Assembly (NCBI GenBank): GCA_013698435.1
Contig: JACCVA010000082.1
Coordinates: 1 to 33,324 of the forward strand
Direction of reading: 5' to 3'
DNA length: 33,324 nucleotides
Source: Nocardioidaceae bacterium
Lineage (GTDB): Bacteria; Actinomycetota; Actinomycetes; Propionibacteriales; Nocardioidaceae
Position 1 is the first letter of the stretch; each line of letters opens with the position of its first letter. Below are positions 1-10,598 of this stretch, one piece after another. The notes under the pieces are model-generated. The model saw only the letters and a list, made by a program, of their open reading frames with translations, was not told the DNA's origin and made no database searches. The translations under genes were made by a program, and so were the position numbers.

Positions 1-652
1 CGGACGTGAGCGGGAACCGCACGTACACCGAGGGGTCGACGACGGTCTCGTAGCCGCCCGGCTGACCCAGCTCGTGGTCCGACAGCGCAGTCTCGCAGCG
101 GGGGCAGTACGGCGAGATGCGGTGTGCTTCGTAGAGCAGCCCGGCGTCGTAGATCTTCTTGAGCGACCACCAGACGCTCTGGATGTACGACGGGTCCATC
201 GTGCGGTACGCCTGCGCGGTGTCGACCCAGTACCCCATCCGCTCAGTCATCTCCTCGAACTGGTCGGTGGAGCGCTGCACCGACTCACGGCACTTCGCGT
301 TGAACGCCGCGATGCCGTACGCCTCGATCTGCTGCTTGCCCGAGACGCCGAGCTCCTTCTCCACCCCCACCTCGACATGCAGACCCTGGCAGTCCCAGCC
401 CGCCTTCCGGTCGACCCGGAACCCCTGCATGGTCTTGAACCGGGGAAAGACGTCCTTGAACACCCGTGCCTCGACGTGGTGAGCGCCGGGTTTGCCGTTG
501 GCGGTGGGGGGGCCCTCGTAGAACGTCCAGCGCGGCGCACCGACGGTTGCCGCCAAGGTCGCGTCGAAGGTCTTGCTCGCACGCCAGAAGGCGAGGATCT
601 CCCGCTCGAGTTCAGGAAGGTTGACCTGCGGAGGGACTGCTCGGTAGGGCAT
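1..652 (-). CDS. ileS: Isoleucyl-tRNA synthetase, N-terminal part (gene continues beyond the left edge)
   Basis: Absent from the ORF track because it has no in-window stop. My translation of the minus strand from ATG 652..650 gives MPYRAVPPQVNLPELEREILAFWRASKTFDATL...WTFYEGPPTANGKPGAHHVEARVFKDVFPRFKTMQGFRVDRKAGWDCQGLHVE...SPYCPRCETALSDHELGQPGGYE. It has a class I aaRS HIGH-type signature (PGAHHV) and a typical IleS N-terminus, and a T-box leader lies directly upstream. Confidence 0.9.
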   Translation of the reverse strand, partial: MPYRAVPPQVNLPELEREILAFWRASKTFDATLAATVGAPRWTFYEGPPTANGKPGAHHVEARVFKDVFPRFKTMQGFRVDRKAGWDCQGLHVEVGVEKELGVSGKQQIEAYGIAAFNAKCRESVQRSTDQFEEMTERMGYWVDTAQAYRTMDPSYIQSVWWSLKKIYDAGLLYEAHRISPYCPRCETALSDHELGQPGGYETVVDPSVYVRFPLTS

Positions 653-890
653 GCGGTTCTCTTCCCACGTCACGGCGCTGTCGCGCTCTCGCGGCGAAGG
701 GACGACGCCAACCGGTCGTGGTCAGCCCCGCGGTACCACCCTCCTTGGCTCACCGACGAGCAAACCCTGCCGGCGGTGGCCCTCTCGTGTGTCGTCGCGG
801 CCGGTTCTAGTGAGCCAGCATGCTGGCCGTTCTTCCGGCAACTCCGAGGTGATGGCCCCATCATTGTCGTGCGACTTGAGCAGTGTAGGC
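653..890 (-). promoter_or_regulatory. T-box riboswitch leader of ileS (translational type; 5' boundary approximate)
   Basis: The minus strand at 741..729 reads GGGUGGUACCGCG, the conserved T-box sequence. It folds by hand into helix A1 (744-739/701-696), a 7-nt bulge UGGUACC (738-732) and helix A2 (731-720/713-702). An alternative pairing of 714-699 with the SD region 666-654 is possible. The candidate specifier is AUCA at 853-850. No U-tract terminator is present. Confidence 0.8.
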
Positions 891-1029
891 GGTTAGAAGC
901 GGCCCGCACACCTCGATATCACCCGTGCGCCGGCACACGCGTCACGCGTGGCTATTTGAAGCGACGCCCGGATGCCCCTATCCTCTCGGCACGGAATCGG
1001 GGGAAACAAGTATTGAGGAGATGCCGCCC

Positions 1030-1788
1030 ATGGCTGCCAACAAGTCGTCTGCGATGAGTGCGGTCAAACGCGCACCGGCGAAGACGGCCGCATCCAAGGC
1101 GGCGCAGAAGAAGACCGCACCCTCGGCACCCGCCAAGAGCGCCACGACGACGAAGGCGACGGCGAAGAAGGCGACGACGAAGGCAACCTCGGCAAAGCAG
1201 GCAACCTCGGCGAAGACGGCCGCGAAGAAGACGACGGCGAAGACGCCCGCCAAGAAGACGACGGCGAAGACGCCCGCCAAGAAGACACCCGCCAAGAAGA
1301 CGACCGCCAAGAAGACGACCGCCAAGAAGACGGCCGCAAGGGCTGCCACTACCAAGGCGACGGCCAAGAAGGCTACCGCCACCACGACGACGTCTGGCGG
1401 GCTTGCCGTGCGGGAAGGTGAGAAGAACTGGTCGGCTGCCGAGCTCAAAGAGGTGCGCGCGACGCTGGAACAAGACCGCGAGCGCCTGATCACCGAGATC
1501 GCCGCCACCGAGGAGGAGATCAGCCACCTGCTACGCGAAGGCGGGGAGGGTGCAGGCAACGACCAGGCCGATGTCGGCTCGAACACGTTCGAGCGCGACC
1601 ACGAGATGAGCATGGCGAAGAACTCACGCGAGAACCTCGAGCTCGTCGAGGGTGCCATCGCCCGGATCGACAAGGGCACCTACGGCGTCTGCGAGTCCTG
1701 TGGAGGCCCCATCGCCAAGTTGCGCCTGCAGGCATTCCCCCGTGCCACACTGTGCCTGCAATGCAAACAACGCCAGGAACGTCGCTGA
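1030..1788 (+). CDS. DksA/TraR C4 zinc-finger protein with an N-terminal Lys/Ala/Thr-rich histone-H1-like tail (DdbA-like)
   Basis: The C-terminus ...[36 protein letters not shown] carries CxxC-x17-CxxC preceded by a coiled-coil segment (DksA/TraR fold). The N-terminal ~120 aa are AKKT/AKTP repeats. GGAG at 1017-1020 lies 9 nt before ATG 1030; the in-frame ATG 1021 directly abuts the SD. The stop is at 1786-1788. Confidence 0.85.
   Translation: MAANKSSAMSAVKRAPAKTAASKAAQKKTAPSAPAKSATTTKATAKKATTKATSAKQATSAKTAAKKTTAKTPAKKTTAKTPAKKTPAKKTTAKKTTAKKTAARAATTKATAKKATATTTTSGGLAVREGEKNWSAAELKEVRATLEQDRERLITEIAATEEEISHLLREGGEGAGNDQADVGSNTFERDHEMSMAKNSRENLELVEGAIARIDKGTYGVCESCGGPIAKLRLQAFPRATLCLQCKQRQERR
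1225..1338 (+). repeat. In-frame tandem repeat encoding (A)KKTTAKTP / AKKTT units
   Basis: A 27-nt unit aagaagacgacggcgaagacgcccgcc occurs twice perfectly (1225-1251, 1252-1278). It is followed by four 15-nt units aagaagacNNccgcc (1279-1338). Confidence 0.9.
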
Positions 1789-2312
1789 GCGACGAAACCG
1801 CGAGCGAAGAGTCGCCCCTTTCCCAAAGGCGTGGCATCACGCAGTGCCTCGCGATCGCCGGCGCCGCGCTCGTTGCCGACCAGAGCACCAAGTGGTGGGC
1901 GGAGCACGCCCTGGTCAGAGGGCAGCCCCGGGCCCTCGTCGGTGACCTGCTCCAGCTCCGGCTGACCTACAACCCGGGAGCTGCTTTCAGCGTCGGCACC
2001 GGCTACACCATTGTCTTGACCTGCATCGCCCTCACCGTGATCGGCGTCGTCATCTCCACGGCCCGGCGGATCCGCAGCGCATGGTGGGCGCTGGCGCTCG
2101 GTCTGCTGCTCGGCGGCGCGCTCGGCAACGTCACGGACCGGCTGTTCCGGCCACCGGCACCGTTTCGAGGCCACGTCGTCGACTTCCTCGAGCTGCCGAA
2201 CTGGCCGGTGTTCAACGTGGCTGACTCGGCCATCACTGTGGCAGCCGTGCTCTTCATCGGGCTGAGTCTGGGCGGGGTACGGCTTGACGGGAGCCGCGAC
2301 CACCGCCGATGA
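1761..2312 (+). CDS. lspA: Lipoprotein signal peptidase II
   Basis: Motifs ...VADQSTKWW...[10 protein letters not shown]...GNVTDRL...VVDFL...[11 protein letters not shown] place the catalytic Asp motifs in four TM segments. The start is ambiguous (GTG 1752 or ATG 1761), and both overlap the upstream gene end. Confidence 0.9.
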   Translation: MQTTPGTSLSDETASEESPLSQRRGITQCLAIAGAALVADQSTKWWAEHALVRGQPRALVGDLLQLRLTYNPGAAFSVGTGYTIVLTCIALTVIGVVISTARRIRSAWWALALGLLLGGALGNVTDRLFRPPAPFRGHVVDFLELPNWPVFNVADSAITVAAVLFIGLSLGGVRLDGSRDHRR

Positions 2313-3247
2313 GCGTCCCCTCCGACCGCAAGGCCGTCCACGTGCCCAGCGGGCTCGCCGGGGAACGCGTCGATGCCGCCATCGCGCGCATGTTCGGGCT
2401 GTCACGCACGAAGGCTGCCGAGCTGGTCGCCGCTGGCGACGTCACTGTCGACGGCGCCGCTCCTGCGAAGTCGGACCGCGTGCACGAGGGTGCCTTCCTG
2501 GAGGTGGTGATCCCCGCACCGCCGAGCCCGGTGAGCGTCCGGGCGGAGATCGTCGACGGTGTGTGCATCGTGTACGACGACGACGCGTTCGTGGTCGTGG
2601 ACAAGCCGGTCGGAGTCGCAGCACATCCGAGCGTCGGCTGGACCGGGCCCACCGTTCTCGGTCACCTGGCCGGCGCGGGCTACCGCCTCGCCACGTCCGG
2701 CGTGCCCGAACGGCAGGGGATCGTGCAGCGGCTCGACGTCGGCACGAGCGGTCTGATGGTCGTAGCCAAGTCGGAGTACGCGTACTCCCGGTTGAAGGAC
2801 GCCTTCCGGCAGCGTGCCGTCGACAAGACCTACCACGCCCTGGTGCAGGGGCATCTCGACCCGCTGCGCGGCACCATCGATGCGCCGATCGTGCGCCACA
2901 CCAAACACGACTACAAGTTCACCGTGGGTCAAGGTGGCCGACACAGCATCACCCACTACGACACTCTCGAGGCCCACCGGTTCGCGTCGCTGCTGGAGAT
3001 CAAGCTTGAGACCGGCCGAACCCACCAGATCCGCGTGCACATGAGCGCGTTGCACCATCCATGTCTCGGGGACCTGACGTACGGCGCCGACCCGGTGCTC
3101 GCCAAGCGAGTCGGGCTGCAGCGACAGTGGCTGCATGCGCTACGGCTCGGTTTCACCCATCCGGAGTCGGGGGAGTGGCAGGAGTTCGAGTCGACGTACC
3201 CCAACGACCTCGCCCACGCGTTGGACGTCATCCGCGACGAGGACTGA
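2309..3247 (+). CDS. rluD: 23S rRNA pseudouridine synthase, RluA family, RluD type with an N-terminal S4 domain
   Basis: ATGA overlap with the lspA stop. An S4-like segment ([32 protein letters not shown]), the catalytic motif [15 protein letters not shown] and GRTHQIRVH are present. Confidence 0.9.
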   Translation: MSVPSDRKAVHVPSGLAGERVDAAIARMFGLSRTKAAELVAAGDVTVDGAAPAKSDRVHEGAFLEVVIPAPPSPVSVRAEIVDGVCIVYDDDAFVVVDKPVGVAAHPSVGWTGPTVLGHLAGAGYRLATSGVPERQGIVQRLDVGTSGLMVVAKSEYAYSRLKDAFRQRAVDKTYHALVQGHLDPLRGTIDAPIVRHTKHDYKFTVGQGGRHSITHYDTLEAHRFASLLEIKLETGRTHQIRVHMSALHHPCLGDLTYGADPVLAKRVGLQRQWLHALRLGFTHPESGEWQEFESTYPNDLAHALDVIRDED

Positions 3248-3260
3248 CAGGAGGCGCACC

Positions 3261-3302
3261 ATGACGACTGGGCGCGACGGGGCAAGGCTGGGGTTCTACT
3301 GA
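3261..3302 (+). CDS. Candidate 13-codon upstream mini-ORF (MTTGRDGARLGFY)
   Basis: A perfect AGGAGG at 3249-3254 lies 6 nt before ATG 3261. The TGA at 3300-3302 lies 11 nt before the GNAT GTG start. There is no homology evidence. Confidence 0.25.
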   Translation: MTTGRDGARLGFY

Positions 3303-3313
3303 GCGGGCGGCCG

Positions 3314-3796
3314 GTGATCCGCAGAGCGCGCGCTGACGAGTCGCAGGCGTGCGCCGACCTGCTGTGGCGGGTGCGGCAGCAGAACCTCGCCAGCATCCCG
3401 GAGGGAAGGCACCCGCTCGCCGACGTCCGCGCGTGGATGCGCGACGTCGTAATGACGCAGCAGGAGGTCTGGGTCGCCGATGGTGACGGCAGCCTGGTAG
3501 GGGTGCTGGTACTGGGAAGGCCCGACTGGGTCGAGCACCTGTACATCGACGCCTCGGCCACCGGCCGGGGCCTCGGAGCCCGGTTCGTCGCGCTGGCCAG
3601 GGCGGAGCTGCCGGGACCGATTCAGCTGTGGACCTTCCAGAGCAACCTCGGCGCCCGACGCTTCTACGAACGGCACGGTTTCGAGGCGTTGGAGTGGACC
3701 GAGGGAGACAACGAGGAGGGCGCCCCGGACGTCCGCTACGTCGATACGGCATGGCGCGCGAGTGTCGGTCGGGGTTGTCAAGGTACGTCGAAGTAG
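3314..3796 (+). CDS. GNAT family N-acetyltransferase
   Basis: The acetyl-CoA binding core HLYIDASATGRGLGARFVALA followed by ...ARRFYERHGF is present. GTG 3314 is the first canonical start in the open frame. Confidence 0.8.
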   Translation: MIRRARADESQACADLLWRVRQQNLASIPEGRHPLADVRAWMRDVVMTQQEVWVADGDGSLVGVLVLGRPDWVEHLYIDASATGRGLGARFVALARAELPGPIQLWTFQSNLGARRFYERHGFEALEWTEGDNEEGAPDVRYVDTAWRASVGRGCQGTSK

Positions 3797-3815
3797 GCTG
3801 TGGCTCTTCCCCACT

Positions 3816-3831
3816 GCGACCGCGAGGTCGC
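3816..3831 (+). terminator. Small GC hairpin with a GNRA loop between the GNAT gene and dnaE (function uncertain)
   Basis: GCGACC-GCGA-GGTCGC is a 6-bp perfect stem located 20 nt after the GNAT stop. No U-tract follows. Confidence 0.2.
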
Positions 3832-3898
3832 GACCCTTAGCAGGTCCGTCGTGTCCGAAACGCCCGGTTCCCGGGTGAGGTCAGGAGGCAGTTCCTCG

Positions 3899-7422
<3,524 letters not shown>

Positions 7423-7423
<1 letters not shown>

Positions 7424-7980
7424 TGGCGCAGAGCCTGAGATCACCGCAGCAGATGCTGACCGAGCCCGCCGGCAGCCCGCTGCATGTGCGGGCGCTGCTG
7501 GTCGGGGCGTGCGCGCTCGTCGGTGCAGTCCTGGCGCTGCCCGCCGCATGGATCTGGGTGCAGGTCGCGGACCCCCCGAGTGCCGTACTGAGTGAGACGG
7601 GTGTCTTCCTCGGTGAGGTGGAGCTCGACCGCCTGGTGGGGCTGACCTGGTGGTTCCTGGCCATCGGCCTGGCCTTCGGCGTCGTCGCCGGGCTCGCGGT
7701 CGCCTGGCGGGGCCACCGGCACGGGCTCGCCACAGTGGTAGCAGCGCTTGCGCTCACCAGCGTCGCGTCCTACCTCACCTACCGGTTCGGCCACGACCTC
7801 TTCGGCCGCGACGTCGACCAGCAGGTGCAGCAGGCGCAGGTCGGCGACCGCATCACGACCGACATGCGGATCGAGAGTCTGGTCGCCTTCCTCGGGTGGC
7901 CGGTCGGAGGACTCGTCGGCGTACTCGCCGGCGTGGCAAGCTGGCCGAAGGCCCCACGAGGTGCCCCCGGCGTCCAGTAA
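7423..7980 (+). CDS. Hypothetical integral membrane protein (about 4 TM segments)
   Basis: The start overlaps the dnaE stop (TGATG). Hydrophobic segments include LLVGACALVGAVLALPAAWIW, WWFLAIGLAFGVVAGLAVAW, VVAALALTSVASYL and LGWPVGGLVGVLAGV. I recognise no family. Confidence 0.65.
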
Positions 7981-8019
7981 CCTCAGCGCGAACAGTTCTC
8001 TCTCAGGGGGTCCTTGACA

Positions 8020-9804
8020 ATGTCTGGAAACACGCCCTACCCCGGCCCAGGGCGGGGCCCGCAGCAGCCGTACGGCGCCTCCGGTCCGGGCGGTTACGGT
8101 CCGCAGGGCCCGGGCGGCTACGGTCCGCAGGGCCCGGGTGGCTACGGTCCGCAGGGTCCGGGCGGCTACGGTCCGCAGGGCCAGCAAGGTCCCGGTGGTT
8201 ATGGCCCGCAGGGTCCGGGGGGCTACGGGCAGGGTCCTGGCGGTTACGGCCCTGGGGGTCCGGGAGGACCTAGCGACTACGGGCAGCCCTATCAGCAGCA
8301 ACCCAAGCGCCGCGGCGCGAAGGCGCTGATCATCGGCCTGGTCGTGGCGGTTGTCGTCGCCGGCAGCGCGTTCGCGGTCTACAAGCTCGACCCCTTCAAC
8401 ACCTTCTCCAACGAGCCGGCGGCAGCCGTTGCCATCCCGTCGGACGCCCTCTTCTACTTCGGGGTCGACCTCGACCCGTCGGCACAGCAGAAGGTCAAGG
8501 CGGTGCAGTTCCTCAACCACTTCCCGGACTTCAAGGAGACGGTCGACGTCAGCGACGCGAACTCTGACATTCGCAAGTCGATCTTCGACAAGGCCCTCAA
8601 GGACGCGCCCTGTGACGTGTCCTTCGACAAGGACGTCGCACCGTGGCTGGGCAACAAGTTCGCCGGTGCCGGCATGCCCAGCACATCCGGCGAAGCACCC
8701 GACTTCCTCTTCGCGCTCGAGGTGACCGACGAAGGCGGCGCCAAGGCGGGCCTCGACAAGCTGGCGTCCTGCGGCGGTGGAGACAGCGAGTTCGGGCTGG
8801 CGTTCACCGGCGGCTACGCACTCGTCGCTGAGACGCAGAAGCTTGCCGACGCTTTCGCCTCCGACGTCGAGGACACGTCACTGGCCGACAACGATGACTT
8901 CATTGCTGACCTCGACTCGTTGGGAGGTGTCGGTTTCGCGACCGTGTGGGTCAATGTCGAGGAGGCCCTGAAGCTGTTCGGCCCGCCGCAGCTGGCGACG
9001 AGCGACCTCGACTTCCTGACCAGCTCCTACAAGCGCGCTGCCGCGACGGTGCGGTTCGAGAGTGACAGCGTCGAGATCGTCGCCAGCGCCTTCGGCGACT
9101 ACCAGGTCATCGAGCGCGGCGACAACCTGATCGGCGACCTCCCGGAGTCCACGGCGTTCGCCGTGTCCGAGGCCGGCGGGGAGCGGCGCCTCAACGCGAC
9201 GTACGACTCGGTCATCGAGGCTGCCAAGAGCTCAGGGGTCGACGTCGAGGGCCAGATCGCCGACTTCGAGGCCCAGACCGGTCTCGCCATCCCCGAGGAC
9301 ATCGCCACGGTGCTCGGCGAGAACATCATGTTCGCCGTCGACGCAGACGGGCTGACCGCCGATGCCCTGCAGTCGGGCGACCCCAGTCAGGTCAACGCCG
9401 GCGTCCGGTTCACCAACGACCCCGCAGAGCTCAACGCGATCTACGACAAGGTGCTCGCGCTGATCCAGGACGAGACCGGCCAGGACGTTCCGGTCTCGAA
9501 GAAGGACCTCGACGACGGACTGGTCGTGGCAACCAACGACGACTACGCCGACAAGCTTTCGCAGGGCGGAAGCCTGGGCGACAGCGACGCGTTCCAGTCC
9601 GTCACCGATGACGCGCTGAACAAGGAGTTCGTGCTCTTCTTCAACTTCGACGCCATCGAGGACCAGATCATCGGGGCGCTCGAGGCTGACGGCACGTCGA
9701 GCAACGAGATCGACAACATCCGACCGGTCCAGGCATTCGGCCTGACCTCGGAGGTTGACGGTGCCTACTCGTTGACCACGTTCCAAATGTCGGTCAACGA
9801 CTGA
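8020..9804 (+). CDS. Single-pass membrane protein: Gly/Pro/Tyr/Gln repeat N-terminus, one TM, and a large extracytoplasmic domain (DUF3352-like, from memory)
   Basis: The N-terminus carries GPGGYGPQ repeats. The TM segment is ALIIGLVVAVVVAGSAFAVY, followed by a ~470-aa acidic domain. AGGGGG lies about 10 nt before ATG 8020, and the ORF is open from TTG 8014. Confidence 0.8.
   Translation: MSGNTPYPGPGRGPQQPYGASGPGGYGPQGPGGYGPQGPGGYGPQGPGGYGPQGQQGPGGYGPQGPGGYGQGPGGYGPGGPGGPSDYGQPYQQQPKRRGAKALIIGLVVAVVVAGSAFAVYKLDPFNTFSNEPAAAVAIPSDALFYFGVDLDPSAQQKVKAVQFLNHFPDFKETVDVSDANSDIRKSIFDKALKDAPCDVSFDKDVAPWLGNKFAGAGMPSTSGEAPDFLFALEVTDEGGAKAGLDKLASCGGGDSEFGLAFTGGYALVAETQKLADAFASDVEDTSLADNDDFIADLDSLGGVGFATVWVNVEEALKLFGPPQLATSDLDFLTSSYKRAAATVRFESDSVEIVASAFGDYQVIERGDNLIGDLPESTAFAVSEAGGERRLNATYDSVIEAAKSSGVDVEGQIADFEAQTGLAIPEDIATVLGENIMFAVDADGLTADALQSGDPSQVNAGVRFTNDPAELNAIYDKVLALIQDETGQDVPVSKKDLDDGLVVATNDDYADKLSQGGSLGDSDAFQSVTDDALNKEFVLFFNFDAIEDQIIGALEADGTSSNEIDNIRPVQAFGLTSEVDGAYSLTTFQMSVND
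8083..8271 (+). repeat. 24-bp in-frame tandem repeat (ggYccgggYggYtacggtccgcag) encoding GPGGYGPQ, then degenerate copies
   Basis: Four near-identical 24-bp units at 8083-8178 differ only at synonymous positions. Degenerate units continue to about 8271. Confidence 0.9.
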
Positions 9805-9809
9805 CCCAG

Positions 9810-9832
9810 GCGCCCCGTGCTAGTTGGGGCAC
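9810..9832. terminator. Candidate bidirectional hairpin between convergent genes
   Basis: GCGCCCC (9810-9816) pairs with GGGGCAC (9826-9832), giving a 7-bp stem with one mismatch and a 9-nt loop. It lies between the stop at 9804 (+) and the stop at 9820-9822 (-). There is no U-tract. Confidence 0.3.
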
Positions 9833-10500
9833 CACTGGGTCCGCGCCATCGTGGTTGCGGGCAGGGAGGGCACCGCGGTGATGGCCTGCAGCTCCGAACG
9901 CATCAGGGACGTTCCCAGGCGCAGCCTGCTGACGACGTCCGGAGCCTCGAGCATGCTCTGCCGTTCGCCGAGGCCGAGCACCAGCGCAGCGGCCAACGTG
10001 TACGAGAGGTCGACCGGGTCGTCGGGCGTCTCGCCTTCGAGCACGTCGTCGCCGCGCAGCTGCTCCACCGTGTCGCGATACACGTCGAAGATGTCGCGAG
10101 CCGTCCGCGCGGCCTCGTAGGCGTCCGCGGGCGAGTCGCCGCCCGGGTCGTCAGGCAGCCACTGCACGTCAGCCCTGAGGTACTCCTCGGACGGGTCCAG
10201 GCTCTCGACGTGGAACCGTCGCCGACCGATGACCACGATTTCGAACGAGCCGTCCTCGTTGGCGGTGACCTCGGTGACGAGTGCGGCACAACCCGTTCGC
10301 TGGATCGTATGGACCCCCCGGGCACCCACCTCGTAGCCGACCTTGATCGCCACCACCCCGAACTCGCGCGAGGCGTCGGCGGGCAACGCGATCAGGTCCC
10401 GCACCAGCAGCCGGTAGCGGTCCTCGAAGATGTGCAGCGGCATCACGATCCCTGGGAACAGCACCGTGTTCAACGGGAAGAGCGGCAGCTGGTCCGACAC
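9820..10500 (-). CDS. LON peptidase N-terminal (substrate-binding) domain protein
   Basis: LPLFPLNTVLFPGIVMPLHIFEDRYRLLV is the hallmark start of the Lon N-domain. The ORF is open to GTG 10521, but GTG 10500 (VSDQLPLFPL...) gives the usual short N-terminus and sits 7 nt after a TAGGTT -10. Confidence 0.8.
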   Translation of the reverse strand: MSDQLPLFPLNTVLFPGIVMPLHIFEDRYRLLVRDLIALPADASREFGVVAIKVGYEVGARGVHTIQRTGCAALVTEVTANEDGSFEIVVIGRRRFHVESLDPSEEYLRADVQWLPDDPGGDSPADAYEAARTARDIFDVYRDTVEQLRGDDVLEGETPDDPVDLSYTLAAALVLGLGERQSMLEAPDVVSRLRLGTSLMRSELQAITAVPSLPATTMARTQWCPN

Positions 10501-10507
10501 ACCGCCG

Positions 10508-10513
10508 AACCTA
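10508..10513 (-). promoter_or_regulatory. Candidate -10 hexamer (TAGGTT) for a leaderless transcript of the LON-N gene
   Basis: It matches the actinobacterial TANNNT consensus, 7 nt upstream of GTG 10500, with no SD in between. Confidence 0.3.
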
Positions 10514-10586
10514 ACAGGCACCCGACCGGGTCCGGCACCTCACCGCGCGGTCTGGACACGCATCGGGTGGGCGGCTGGCCGGCGCC

Positions 10587-10592
10587 TAGACT
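10587..10592 (+). promoter_or_regulatory. Candidate -10 hexamer (TAGACT) for a leaderless hisD transcript
   Basis: It matches TANNNT, 6 nt upstream of ATG 10599. No SD-like purine tract is present (cttgcccc). Confidence 0.35.
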
Positions 10593-10598
10593 TGCCCC

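Noticed and set aside
74-1057. A 327-aa plus-strand ORF covering the ileS 5' end, the T-box leader and the ddbA-like promoter region.
   Set aside because: It is opposite a clearly homologous IleS N-terminus and crosses a structured RNA leader. Its composition is typical of GC-bias shadow ORFs.
1058-1489. An Arg/Pro-rich 143-aa ORF, with minus-strand ORFs at 952-1679, overlapping the Lys/Ala repeat region.
   Set aside because: These are alternative-frame readings of the AAGAAGACG repeats. Only the AKKT frame continues into a bona fide DksA-type zinc finger and has an SD.
8083-8271. A regular 24-bp tandem repeat that could superficially suggest a CRISPR-like or minisatellite array.
   Set aside because: The repeats are contiguous with no spacers, in frame inside a CDS with an SD and start, and differ at synonymous sites. 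This is a coding peptide repeat, not a CRISPR array.
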